Below, one piece after another: positions 9,533-18,919 of a stretch of 64,000 nucleotides of DNA (position 1 is its first letter; each line of letters begins with the position of its first letter). A program made the translations under genes and the position numbers. This DNA comes from a virus (Duplodnaviria > Caudoviricetes). The stretch spans positions 1 through 64,000 of the IMG/VR virus record IMGVR_UViG_2513237354_000022; one strand, given 5' to 3'. The notes below the pieces were generated by a model. The model was not told the origin of the DNA and did no database searches. It saw only the letters and a program-made list of their open reading frames with translations.

Positions 9533-10394
9533 CCTGTTTCTTCCTCTTCTTCAGCTTTTTCGCCTGCTTAAACTTCCCGTTCACCAGCGTCAGCCGCGAC
9601 TCCCAGCGGGACGCGTGCGTATCGCCCTCCGACTTAACTGCCGCCACCTTGTAGTCGCCGTTATAGTCCGTGACGATGGACTCAATGCGCACCAGCGAGC
9701 CCACGATGATTTCCGGGCGCAACAGGCACGACAACTCCAGTCCCCGATCGGTGGGTTTCGGGCTGCCCAGCATGCCGCTGGACTCATTCAGTAACACGCC
9801 CTCACCCGGTAGGCAGTAGTCCGGGTGCAGGATGTGCAGCTCGCCGTTCTGGATCATCCAGTCCGCGCCATGATGATCGGCGACCTGGGTCATGACGTGC
9901 CGCGCGGGGCCGTAGCAGACCTTCGCCCGCTTAAACGTCACGGTACCGGGCAGGCCGATGTTTCCCGGCGTGATGCCGGTCATCTGCCCCACACAGTGCG
10001 CAATCACGTCCTCATGCGTGCTGCCCGCCGCCAGCGTCACGTTCACGAACGCATCCCGGTACGCGGTCGCGCCGTCGTCACAGGTCAGCTCCAGAATAAA
10101 ATCCAGACCTTCGCGGATGACGGCAGGCTTCGTAATCTGTCCGGCATACAACACACGGCAGTTCTCCAGCGAGCCGAAGCCGACAGCCAGCGACACCTGC
10201 TTAAACTCCCCGCCGGTCACCTGATGACGATGCGAGGGGTTCAGGTTCCAGATGCGGATTGTGGCCTTGTTGGGCGTTTTATCGTGAGTGTGGGAAATAC
10301 TGAAGGCGGTGCGGAGGTTGTTAATCTGAATGGATTCTTTGCTGTTGCCGATCGTCAGAATGCACTGACGGCCAAATTGTCTAATCGCTGTCAT
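9519..10394 (-). CDS. Baseplate hub protein
   Basis: 291 aa; NKATIRIWNL, LNESSGMLGSP; position in tail module. Confidence 0.82.
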   Translation of the reverse strand: MTAIRQFGRQCILTIGNSKESIQINNLRTAFSISHTHDKTPNKATIRIWNLNPSHRHQVTGGEFKQVSLAVGFGSLENCRVLYAGQITKPAVIREGLDFILELTCDDGATAYRDAFVNVTLAAGSTHEDVIAHCVGQMTGITPGNIGLPGTVTFKRAKVCYGPARHVMTQVADHHGADWMIQNGELHILHPDYCLPGEGVLLNESSGMLGSPKPTDRGLELSCLLRPEIIVGSLVRIESIVTDYNGDYKVAAVKSEGDTHASRWESRLTLVNGKFKQAKKLKKRKKQDEHA

Positions 10395-10716
10395 CGCTCC
10401 TGTCCATCAGATAAAGAATGCAGCGGCTGCCCATGTCGCTGCCGCCAAAGGGATTGAGGGCGTTACCGCTGCTGTCGTAAAGGTACAGCCAGAACGGTAG
10501 CCGGGTGCGCTTGAGCACCGGCACGCCGCAGACCAGGGCATAGCCGCTGATGAGCGCTTTACTGATACCGGCATCGGTGATGTCCACCAGCCATTGTCCG
10601 CCGGTGGGCACCGGGTTATAGCGCAGGCTCAGCTGATATTTTGTGTCGCCGACCGTGACCTTCATGGTCTGGTACGGATCGCTGCTGACTGCAAGTCTGT
10701 AGAGTGTTGCCATCAT
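10381..10716 (-). CDS. Baseplate plug-like protein
   Basis: 111 aa; LSLRYNP...WLVDITD...LVCGVPVL; positional homolog of 43359-43664. Confidence 0.75.
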   Translation of the reverse strand: MMATLYRLAVSSDPYQTMKVTVGDTKYQLSLRYNPVPTGGQWLVDITDAGISKALISGYALVCGVPVLKRTRLPFWLYLYDSSGNALNPFGGSDMGSRCILYLMDRSDDSD

Positions 10717-11501
10717 TATCTCCCTGTCACATCGCTGAGTTGATTTTTCAGCTTTTCATCTGCACCACTCAGATCAACCGCCTGCAGCTGCTGATTACCT
10801 TTATCAACGGCATTTGCAGCCTGCTTAGCGGTGCGCCTGCCTGTCTTTCCCTGCGAGGGCACCTTGAGTCCGCTGGCGGTCTGAGTGGTGCTAATAAAGA
10901 TTTCCCGGCATCTGAGGCTGAATTCGGCTGATCCAGCACGCGTAAATTTCACGTCCACATTCAGGAGCAGACAATGGTCATAGCTGGCCGTCTGCGTGGT
11001 AATGGCAATCGGGGTCGCGGACTGCTGCATGCTACGCAGCGCCTTTAGCGCATCGGCCACGCGCTGGTCGCTGGACGCCAGATCCACTGAACCACTGTCC
11101 AGCAGTGACGGCAGCCAGGGGGCCAGCGCACGCTGGCCCGTCGAACCGCCCACCAGCGAACTTGCGGCCGACGCCACCTGATCCAGCACTCGGTTAGCCA
11201 GGCTGACGCCCTGAGCAGTAATGCTCTTTATCTCGCTAGGGATTGGCAGGTCATCAATAAAATCCGGTTCGCGTACATAGTTGTCCTCTGCCATCTGACT
11301 GAACAGCGTGTCGGTCGGGTCGAAATCCACCATGATCCCGGTAATTTCAAAAGGCCGCGGCGTCAGTATGGCGTGGTCAGAAATCTGTGAGCCGGATTCC
11401 ACCGGATTATCGGTGACCTTCAGTTCAGAGTGATGGCTTTCATCCATTACGACGTCAAAAACGAACGTGCCGATTTTAGTGGTTACTGCTGCGTCACTCA
11501 T
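10716..11501 (-). CDS. Baseplate/tail-tube initiator protein
   Basis: ESHHSEL.VTDNPVESGSQISDHA; follows the tape measure gene. Confidence 0.8.
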   Translation of the reverse strand: MSDAAVTTKIGTFVFDVVMDESHHSELKVTDNPVESGSQISDHAILTPRPFEITGIMVDFDPTDTLFSQMAEDNYVREPDFIDDLPIPSEIKSITAQGVSLANRVLDQVASAASSLVGGSTGQRALAPWLPSLLDSGSVDLASSDQRVADALKALRSMQQSATPIAITTQTASYDHCLLLNVDVKFTRAGSAEFSLRCREIFISTTQTASGLKVPSQGKTGRRTAKQAANAVDKGNQQLQAVDLSGADEKLKNQLSDVTGR

Positions 11502-13318
11502 GGGCGCATCCCCGCAGGCAGGCCAAAGTTCAACTGAGTAGATGCCAGTGAATCGCCGTGCTTCGCAGCCTCGTCAGACAGGCTTTTTGTGAATCCCAGT
11601 GCGTTCTCTGTCTGGACAATCACGCTGTGAATAGACCAGGTAACGTTCTGCGGTGCCAGCTGCTGCGTCGGTCCCACTTTCTCCGGATGCGGATAGCTGT
11701 AAGACATTTTTCCCTCTGGCGCCTTCGCCAGCATGGGCGCAATCAGCCGGTTATAGTCATCCGGGCTGCTTTTCTTAATGTAAGCCAGCAGCAGCCCTGG
11801 ATCGTTCACGTCAGGACGTGCCGCATGGGCTTTTTCTAGCAGCTTAGCCCGGCTCTGGTCGTCGCGATGTTCTCTGCGGTTTTTCGCGGTGGCATTGTCC
11901 TCATATTCACCCTCGGTCATGCCGTACTGTTTATGCAGGCCATCCAGCTCAGTCTGCTGCTCTTTCGAAAGACCGCCAGGGGACAGGCTAAGGGCATTGA
12001 GTATGCCGATCCGGGCCTTGCCGCCCAGCCAGTCAATCAGCGCCCCCATGCGTGCAATACCGTCGCTGATATAAAGGAAGAACGTGTCCAGCCAGCCGGT
12101 CGCGAACCCGTCCTGAAATTTGTGCCACTGGGTTACCAGTGTTGCCACACCGGCAACCGCCGCAGTAATCAGCACCGGTATCAGGGTAAGCGGATCAATG
12201 AGCGTAGTGAGTACGGCTACAACCGCTTCGCCGTCACGCACCAGCTCAAGTGCGGCAGCCACATCCAGGAAGCCAGCTGCCAGCTTCGCCACCAGGCCGA
12301 TAATGGCAGTCCATTTTGATGCCAGAAAAACACTGCCGAGGATGATGGCAATACCATTCGCGCTGCCCATCCACTTATCAAACCAGGCCAGCACCGCTCC
12401 CGTCAGACGGATGGCTTCGCCAATGATATCGACGATCACCGTGAGGATCCGACTAATCAGCCCCAGCATAACCTGCGCATCGGGCGATTTCGCCCAGACC
12501 TCCCACTGCGTAATGAGGCTGAACAGCTCATCTTCCAGCGCCGCGAAAACGTGGTTATCCATGATTTCCATCTGGAAGTTTTTCCAGTCCATACCCCAGC
12601 GGGCAATCAGTCCCGTCATGGTTTTGGCGTGCTTGTCCATCGTGCCGCCAAAGCGGTCTTCCAGAATTTTTGTCAGCTGCTCAATGGTCTTATTCGCGTC
12701 GCTGATATCCAGCTTAATGGGTATCGTCTGGCCTTCGCGGTTCTGATAGCTACCTTCATATGAAGTTTTACCGCCTTTGCTGCTCTTATACAGCTTGATC
12801 CCGGCCTGTGCGATAGCCCCGCCCATTGCATAGCGCCCTTCCAGCAGTTCGCCCACGTCCTTGCCCAGCATGTAGCCGATCCCCGGCATCGCGGCCATGG
12901 TATCGCCCATCGCCTTCATGGCGGCGGCTGTCGGCTCAACGCCGTTATTTTTCAGTGAGAGAAAGGCCTCTTTTGCCGCATCCAGCCCAATGACCGGATT
13001 GGCGCGGGCAAAGTTGACCAGCCAGTGAAACTTCTGTTCACCCTCGGCCGCCGTGGTGTAGAGCGATTCGAAGGTGACCTTCATGTCCTCCATCTCTTTG
13101 GCGGTGCGGATGAACTCACCGCCCACCTCTTTTGCCATTTCTGCGCCCTTTTCCAGTGCATGAGAGAGGAGATTGGCTGCCGTGATAGTGCTGAGCAGGG
13201 AGTGGCGGGTGGATTCACCGTGATCGCCGATGCGCTGCAGCTGTTCGTCAAACGCATGGCCGCCTCTGAGGTCAGCCTGAAAGCCCAGCGCGTAGAGAAA
13301 TTCGTCAATAAGGGCCAT
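11498..13318 (-). CDS. Tape measure protein, prophage 1
   Basis: 606 aa helical, Ala/Leu-rich with hydrophobic segments; starts LIDEFLYALGF; canonical position. Confidence 0.88.
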   Translation of the reverse strand: MALIDEFLYALGFQADLRGGHAFDEQLQRIGDHGESTRHSLLSTITAANLLSHALEKGAEMAKEVGGEFIRTAKEMEDMKVTFESLYTTAAEGEQKFHWLVNFARANPVIGLDAAKEAFLSLKNNGVEPTAAAMKAMGDTMAAMPGIGYMLGKDVGELLEGRYAMGGAIAQAGIKLYKSSKGGKTSYEGSYQNREGQTIPIKLDISDANKTIEQLTKILEDRFGGTMDKHAKTMTGLIARWGMDWKNFQMEIMDNHVFAALEDELFSLITQWEVWAKSPDAQVMLGLISRILTVIVDIIGEAIRLTGAVLAWFDKWMGSANGIAIILGSVFLASKWTAIIGLVAKLAAGFLDVAAALELVRDGEAVVAVLTTLIDPLTLIPVLITAAVAGVATLVTQWHKFQDGFATGWLDTFFLYISDGIARMGALIDWLGGKARIGILNALSLSPGGLSKEQQTELDGLHKQYGMTEGEYEDNATAKNRREHRDDQSRAKLLEKAHAARPDVNDPGLLLAYIKKSSPDDYNRLIAPMLAKAPEGKMSYSYPHPEKVGPTQQLAPQNVTWSIHSVIVQTENALGFTKSLSDEAAKHGDSLASTQLNFGLPAGMRP

Positions 13319-13336
13319 GCTTATCCCGATAGTTTA

Positions 13337-13365
13337 TTGATATTGTGTAGCCTAAGGGCTACACT
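13337..13365 (+). promoter_or_regulatory. Sigma70 promoter with overlapping palindromic operator for the TA operon
   Basis: TTGATA (13337-13342), 17 bp, TACACT (13360-13365); palindrome TGTAGCC-taag-GGCTACA (13346-13363). Confidence 0.8.
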
Positions 13366-13372
13366 TATCGAC

Positions 13373-13680
13373 ATGAAAGAGATTATCCGTAGCGAAACAT
13401 TTTCCGACTGGCTTATTTCACTCAGGGATGCCCGCGCCAGAGCGCGCATATTGATGAGAATAGATCGCATGAAGAGGGTAACTTTGGTGATGCAGAGCCT
13501 GTCGGTGACGGGCTGAGTGAGGCCAGAATCCATTATGGCCCCGGTTACCGCGTCTATTTCATGCAACAGGGCGATCAGATTGTTGTTTTATTGTGTGGCG
13601 GCGACAAAAGCACACAACCCAAAGATATTAAGCTGGCCAGAAAAATCGCCAGCGGCTGGAAGGAGGCAAATCATGGCTGA
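13373..13680 (+). pseudogene. RelE/ParE-superfamily addiction-module killer toxin (HI1419-like), frameshifted
   Basis: MKEIIRSETFSDWL...RIDRM, then in another frame EGNFGDAEPVGDGLSEARIHYGPGYRVYF...LLCGGDKSTQ; 308 nt, one base short near 13472. Confidence 0.85.
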
Positions 13681-13963
13681 ACATTTTTCTCAGTGGGACT
13701 CCGCCGAATACCTCAAAACTGAAGAGGATATGGCTGAATACCTCAACGCCTGCATGGAAGAAGCCGGAGATGATCCGGCATTTATTGCCCGTGCGCTGGG
13801 AACCATTGCCCGCGCACGGGGTATGACGCAGGTCGCCAGAGAGGCGGGTGTTTCCCGCGAAAGCCTGTACCGGGCGTTGTCCGGCAACCGGAACCCGGAG
13901 TTTGGCACCATATTAAAAGTGGTTAAGGCGCTGGGACTTCGGCTGCACTCTACTTCAGTATGA
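13673..13963 (+). CDS. Addiction-module antidote protein (HI1420-like HTH antitoxin)
   Basis: [12 protein letters not shown]...[41 protein letters not shown]; GGAGG RBS. Confidence 0.92.
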   Translation: MAEHFSQWDSAEYLKTEEDMAEYLNACMEEAGDDPAFIARALGTIARARGMTQVAREAGVSRESLYRALSGNRNPEFGTILKVVKALGLRLHSTSV

Positions 13964-13980
13964 AATCTCGTTCGAACCGG

Positions 13981-14253
13981 ATGAACAATCCAGCACATCC
14001 CGGCTTGGTGCTGCGCGAATATCTCGACGGCATATCCGTCACAGAGGCAGCAAAATCGCTTGGTGTCACCCGCGCGACACTTTCACGCATCCTGAATGGC
14101 AATGCGGGGATCTCTGCTGATATGGCTCTGCGCCTGGAAGAAGCATTAGGCACCAGTGCTGAGATGTGGACGGGCATGCAGGCGCAGCACGATCTGTGGA
14201 CAGCCTCTCAGATTCAGCGTCCGGCGGTCAGGCCGATTTTCAGCCACCCCTGA
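13981..14253 (+). CDS. higA: HigA-family antitoxin (no adjacent HigB)
   Basis: [13 protein letters not shown]...[25 protein letters not shown]...W..MQ..HDLW. Confidence 0.9.
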   Translation: MNNPAHPGLVLREYLDGISVTEAAKSLGVTRATLSRILNGNAGISADMALRLEEALGTSAEMWTGMQAQHDLWTASQIQRPAVRPIFSHP

Positions 14254-14299
14254 CTGAGCCCATTTTGCATTAAATTTTCAGGGTGATGAAATTGCATTT

Positions 14300-14551
14300 A
14301 TGAACAGTATGGATAAAAACGACATAAACAGTAAGCTTGGAAATATCAGGGCCGGCGGCATGATCATTATGTTGTCCATACTGCTTACACTGACTGTGGG
14401 TGTGACATTAATCCTGCATCACAGGGATACGGTCAATAATGCTCTGGATACTGGCAAGTGCCTTGTGAACAACAACGTAAGGGGATTTTTTGATATCCTC
14501 AGACATCTTCTTCATCAGGTCTACCGCTGGATTTTTAAATCCTGCGGCTAA
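14300..14551 (+). CDS. Small single-pass membrane protein, unknown function
   Basis: 83 aa with hydrophobic MIIMLSILLTLTVGVTLIL; AT-rich. Confidence 0.55.
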   Translation: MNSMDKNDINSKLGNIRAGGMIIMLSILLTLTVGVTLILHHRDTVNNALDTGKCLVNNNVRGFFDILRHLLHQVYRWIFKSCG

Positions 14552-14710
14552 TCAGATAATGGTAAAAATCCGGTGAAGAAGAATATGGATTTCAAACATG
14601 AATTTCATTGAAAAGCTGAAAAGCACCATCAGAAGTGCATATCCGCCCAGAAACAGAACCAGCAAAGTCAGGATCTCGCTGTGCCGGGAAAGTAATTTTT
14701 TAACGTTCAT
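14552..14710 (-). CDS. Possible 52-aa hydrophobic peptide (not in ORF track)
   Basis: MNVKKLLSRHSEILTLLVLFLGGYALLMVLFSFSMKFMFEIHILLHRIFTII; weak RBS. Confidence 0.4.
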   Translation of the reverse strand: MNVKKLLSRHSEILTLLVLFLGGYALLMVLFSFSMKFMFEIHILLHRIFTII

Positions 14711-14819
14711 GAAGAATTGCCGCTATCCGTGTCATTAATTATCCTTACCATTGTAGCCATGCCGGTTAAATAATATTACAACGCCCGACTGATGCTTATT
14801 CACTGCGTACTCAGCGTTA

Positions 14820-15451
14820 TTAATCATCCTCCGGCATATCCCTCTGCCGGATCTCATCAGACGCCCTGATGGCGTCATGTAGCGCCATCAGATCAGCCAA
14901 GCTGTAGGCCGTCTTCAGCTCGGCGAGGCTGGCGAACTTCCGGATGACGGGCGTCCAGATGAACCAGTCGGGGCCGTCTCCGTTTTCGGTAACGAAGCAT
15001 CCGCTTCCCCCGCCACCTCCCGCGCCTTCGCCAGGAACGCCATCACCGACTCCATCCCCGGAAACAAACTGCCCAGCGTGGCGCGGATACCAGTAAAAAA
15101 ATCCTCAAACTGGTACAGCGCCCCCTCCACCAGCAGCTGCGGCAGGTGAGACCGGTACGTATTGAGGTGCGTTTCAGCCTGGTCCGCCAGCTTAAACGCC
15201 ATAGCCCCCGCCTCCGTCCGGACCACCGTGCTGCCGAACACCATGCCCTGCAGCTCCGCCAGCTCCTTACCGTCCATTACCGAAAACGCCAGCGCAATGG
15301 CGGTGGCCATCGAGCCGTCGCCTCCGTTCATCATTTTACTGCGCCCTATGGCACCCAGCAGCTTCTGCAGGCAGCTCCAGCCCAATACCGCATTCACCGG
15401 CGTCATCACGTAGTCCACCCCGTCCAGGGTCAGCGTTTTTCTCAGTTCCAT
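14820..15451 (-). CDS. Tail assembly chaperone G-T (programmed -1 frameshift product)
   Basis: The -1 frame from the T TTT TTT heptamer is open to TAA at 14820-14822 and encodes DWFIWTPVIRKFASLAELKTAYSLADLMALHDAI. Confidence 0.75.
14915..15451 (-). CDS. Tail assembly chaperone G, prophage 1
   Basis: 178 aa between tube and tape measure genes; T7 run at 15095-15101. Confidence 0.85.
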   Translation of the reverse strand: MELRKTLTLDGVDYVMTPVNAVLGWSCLQKLLGAIGRSKMMNGGDGSMATAIALAFSVMDGKELAELQGMVFGSTVVRTEAGAMAFKLADQAETHLNTYRSHLPQLLVEGALYQFEDFFTGIRATLGSLFPGMESVMAFLAKAREVAGEADASLPKTETAPTGSSGRPSSGSSPASPS

Positions 15452-15885
15452 CAGTAGTCAATCCCGTTCATCAGCAGCATGGTGCCTGTCTCAAAGGCCA
15501 GCGTGAACACGCCGGGATTATGCTGCGCGCCACGGGTATAAGCAGGCAGCGCGGTAAAAAAGCCCTTCGAGCCGGTCGCCACGTCGTCGTTCATCAGATC
15601 GGTAATAATCAGCGAGAACGGGGTGAAGGATTTCAGGCTCTTACGCTGCAGCGCACGCTGCTGGTTCAGCCAGGCCACGTCAGGATGGTGCTGAAGCATG
15701 CGGATGGTCAGCACCGTGGACTCGTCCGGATTGCTGATAAATACCCCGGTACCGTGCGCCCCGATCGCGTACTCACCCGCATCTTTGGCATATTTGTAGT
15801 CCACGGCGTTGTTTTCTGCCGTAAAGCCGGTGATCACCCGTTCATTCAGCATCAGGTGGATCTGCTTGATATCAAAACGTGCCAT
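15451..15885 (-). CDS. Tail tube protein (DUF3277-like)
   Basis: 144 aa after the sheath; IGAHGTGVFISNPDES..LTI. Confidence 0.85.
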   Translation of the reverse strand: MARFDIKQIHLMLNERVITGFTAENNAVDYKYAKDAGEYAIGAHGTGVFISNPDESTVLTIRMLQHHPDVAWLNQQRALQRKSLKSFTPFSLIITDLMNDDVATGSKGFFTALPAYTRGAQHNPGVFTLAFETGTMLLMNGIDY

Positions 15886-15888
15886 AAC

Positions 15889-17016
15889 TTAACGCTCCGT
15901 ATTCACTATAATCTGCACCGAATGGACGGCACCGGCCAGGTGTGCGCAGACGTTTATCGGCGGGCATTTACGCGCTTTTTTATCATCATCGGACAGCGTG
16001 TCTACCGAATCCGCGTAGATGTAGTATCCGCTTTCCAGGTAGTCGCCGGTCGCCAGCTGGCCGACCTTATCACCCGCCCAGATGCCTGGACCGACCAGCC
16101 CGTTTTTCACCGCCATGCGCATCACCGCATCGATGTAGCCCTTGATGGTGGTGACACCCGCATCGGACAGCGCGATCTTTTTCAGCTCGGCAAAGGCGTT
16201 AAAGGTGTTGGTCTGAATTTTGTTTTTCAGCCAGTCGAGGCCGATTACCTCGTCCGCCCAGTACACCTGCCCCAGCATCCAGCCCTCGGCCAGCATCGCT
16301 TTGGTGCCGAACTTCGTGTAGTAGTTGATGCCCAGCGCATCGAGCTTGTCCGCCGTCGGGCTGTCCATATCCGGATCCGGCGTGACGCCGGTCAGCGTTT
16401 TAAACTTCAGCGTCAGCAGAGAGTCAGAAGCGCTGAAGTTGATGGAACACAGCAGCGCGGCCGCAGAGACTGCGCCGGACGGACCGGGCATGCTGACGGT
16501 GCGATCGGCGAGCAGCAGCGTGCGGTAATACTGTTTTTCGGCCAGCGCCTTAATCTTCGCCAGCGCTTTGCTGCTGATGTCGGTGATTGTCACGGCCTGA
16601 ATTTTACCTGCCGCCTGAATCCAGGCGCAGGCCTCTTCGAACTCCTCATCATCCAGCACTTCGCCCACCGGCGCACCGCAGTACCAGCCCGACCAGCTGG
16701 CGTTGAGGTTTTCGTAGGCTTCGGACAGGGAAACGCGATCGCCAGACGAATCTGCAGGCCAGAGAGCGACGTACAGGTACTGCGGGCGGGACGGCTGTTC
16801 GAAAAAGAGTTCCGCCGTGGACAGCAGCGCGCTGCCGGCATCGGGAAAATCACCCTGGAATGCCTTCAGATTGCCGTATTTGCGGTAAACGTCATCGTCG
16901 AAAACGCCAGCCGCCTCCGTGGTGAACAGCGTGACGGTGCCAAAGTCCGCCGCTGAAACGACGTCTGCGGGCGCGTTGACCGTAACTGAAATAACGTCAT
17001 CAATGTCGCGGGACAT
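15889..17016 (-). CDS. Tail sheath protein (DUF3383-like)
   Basis: 375 aa; TLKFKTLTGV, GINYY, DEVIGLDWL.N.IQ, RKCPPI.V..HLAGAVH. Confidence 0.92.
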   Translation of the reverse strand: MSRDIDDVISVTVNAPADVVSAADFGTVTLFTTEAAGVFDDDVYRKYGNLKAFQGDFPDAGSALLSTAELFFEQPSRPQYLYVALWPADSSGDRVSLSEAYENLNASWSGWYCGAPVGEVLDDEEFEEACAWIQAAGKIQAVTITDISSKALAKIKALAEKQYYRTLLLADRTVSMPGPSGAVSAAALLCSINFSASDSLLTLKFKTLTGVTPDPDMDSPTADKLDALGINYYTKFGTKAMLAEGWMLGQVYWADEVIGLDWLKNKIQTNTFNAFAELKKIALSDAGVTTIKGYIDAVMRMAVKNGLVGPGIWAGDKVGQLATGDYLESGYYIYADSVDTLSDDDKKARKCPPINVCAHLAGAVHSVQIIVNTER

Positions 17017-17018
17017 GA

Positions 17019-17546
17019 TTACCTCTCGATATCAAAATTTATGGTGCCGGTAGCCATGGCAATGCCGACAGGAACAGTCTTGATGGTGGAAAGCGGAACG
17101 GTGTAGCGGTCATCATGGGCAAGGGTCAGGGTCATCACTGCCCTTTCCTCCCAGCTGCCGGGCACGCCTTCGGAGACATTACGGGGCAGAGTGTAATGCG
17201 GACAGCTGGTCCCGGCTGCGGTCAGGGCCTGCATACCCGGCGAGGAACCCAGCCAGGCAGACAGGCGGCGAAGTATCACCATGGCCCCCGGACCAAAAGC
17301 CTGCACGCTCACCATCAGCTCAAGATGAAGGCGGATTTCCTCCTCATCCTCTGAAATCTGCTCCCGCCCTGGCGGTCCCAGCTGCATGGCGGAGATTTCG
17401 CTAAGCATGAGAAAGCATGTGTCAGGAATGCGCTCTCCCGTATCAGCCAGCACCACCTTCACCGCTTTTTCAGGCGTCTGCAAAGACTCCGCTATCGGGG
17501 CCAGCAGGGCCTTTAGCGCGAACCGCGAGCGCGTAGTAATACCCAT
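17019..17546 (-). CDS. Tail terminator/neck protein
   Basis: Start taken at MGITTR (17546); VSVQAFG, WEERA..TLTL; directly before the sheath. Confidence 0.78.
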   Translation of the reverse strand: MGITTRSRFALKALLAPIAESLQTPEKAVKVVLADTGERIPDTCFLMLSEISAMQLGPPGREQISEDEEEIRLHLELMVSVQAFGPGAMVILRRLSAWLGSSPGMQALTAAGTSCPHYTLPRNVSEGVPGSWEERAVMTLTLAHDDRYTVPLSTIKTVPVGIAMATGTINFDIER

Positions 17547-17820
17547 AATCTGAATAGTCCTGTAAGTGAACGACGCGCCAGCTTTCATTGTGCCAAGCCA
17601 CCACGTCGCCATACGCCATGCGCCTTGCGGCCAGCACCACGATGGCGTCATGCAGGCGGGTACCTTCCGGCGCGAACTGCAGCGCGTCCATGTCGGCGGG
17701 GTAAATCACACCCCGGTTGTTGCTTACGCCCTCAGGCTGCCAGTCATTATCCGGAGAGTGCGTCACGGTAAACTTCCGACTCATGCGCCCGGTCACCACC
17801 CGGCGAACGTTTGGCCTCAT
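17470..17820 (-). CDS. Head-closure/head-tail adaptor protein
   Basis: 116 aa; LQFAPEGTRLHDAI, D.V.W....WRVV...DYSDYGYY.A. Confidence 0.78.
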   Translation of the reverse strand: MRPNVRRVVTGRMSRKFTVTHSPDNDWQPEGVSNNRGVIYPADMDALQFAPEGTRLHDAIVVLAARRMAYGDVVAWHNESWRVVHLQDYSDYGYYYALAVRAKGPAGPDSGVFADA

Positions 17821-18412
17821 TTACTGGTTCCCCCGATGTCGGTAATAAAGGTGATGGCCTGGAACATGTCGCGCGTGTCGATAAGTGGCGTCTCTTTGCC
17901 CCCTTTTTTCTTCGCCGTACTGTCCGCATTGGGCTGCAGGTGTCCGTCGGTGAACGCGGCCCGCAGCTTCGTGCGCACCCGGCTGCCCACCAGCGTCATT
18001 GCTTCGTCCACGGTGATGGTGCCGTTCAGCACCGCCTTCGCGCGTATGGCCATCTCTTTACGGAAATAGTCATTCTGGTGGAAGGTGTAGCGGAAGATGG
18101 ACCGCTCCGGAATGTGTACCGTATGTGCCGGTACGCGATGAAAGGTCTGAAAGTTGCCGTTTTTACGGAACTGACCGCTGTACGCAAACGTGCCGTCTGC
18201 ACGGATGCGGCGCGTCACGCTGACAGTGTGCTCGGGCACATGAACATCACCACCGTACTCGTGCAGCTCCAGCAGTCCGGCGTTGCCCATCGGCAGGCCT
18301 TCCTTGCGCGGGTTATTTTCGCGCGGAATGCCCACCCGGACGCCGCCTGCTTCAGCGACATCATGCTCTGTAGCAGGGCTTTCACCTTCGCCGTGTTCGG
18401 TCTGTCGCCCAT
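17817..18412 (-). pseudogene. HK97 gp10-like neck protein, frameshifted near the 5' end
   Basis: MGDRPNTAK...KQAA continues out of frame as VRVGIP...HEYG...IPERSIFR...PLIDT; one base missing near 18342. Confidence 0.8.
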
Positions 18413-18413
18413 G

Positions 18414-18887
18414 TCACGCCCTCACCGCAAACGTGTTTATCGCCGCAGAAAGCAGGCCGCGCAGCAGGCCGGAAAGCCAGGGAAAGGTCACCGCCCCGCT
18501 GTCCGCTTCGCCCGAATACTGCAGACTGACCTTACCGGCTATTTCCATCGTGACGCCACGCGTCAGCGCGCCGTCCAGTTCACCGTCCTGCGCCGCCAGT
18601 GCCAGACGGCACTGTGCCTGCACCAGCTGGCGGGGAATGACGTCCGGACACAGTTGCTCATCATCTACATATACGCCCCGGCGTGGCCACGGCAGCGGCT
18701 GCTCAGGCTCTGAACGTACACCCAGCCAGTTCAGCCCGTTCAGGTAATCCATCGCCTGAAACAGCAGCGCCGGGCACTGCTCCTCATCGGGCACATCATG
18801 CCCCCGTGAGGCAGCAAACGCCGTCAGGTCATCCACGCTGATGTAGCTGTTAAAATCCGGCGAGAGGGGATCGGTATCAATATCCAT
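18414..18887 (-). CDS. Head-tail connector/adaptor protein
   Basis: True start MDIDTD at 18887 with GGAG RBS; FNSYISV, QAMDYL, QPLPWPR, AQCRLAL. Confidence 0.85.
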   Translation of the reverse strand: MDIDTDPLSPDFNSYISVDDLTAFAASRGHDVPDEEQCPALLFQAMDYLNGLNWLGVRSEPEQPLPWPRRGVYVDDEQLCPDVIPRQLVQAQCRLALAAQDGELDGALTRGVTMEIAGKVSLQYSGEADSGAVTFPWLSGLLRGLLSAAINTFAVRA

Positions 18888-18919
18888 ACCTGCACTCCAT
18901 GAAAAAAGGGGCCGGAGCC

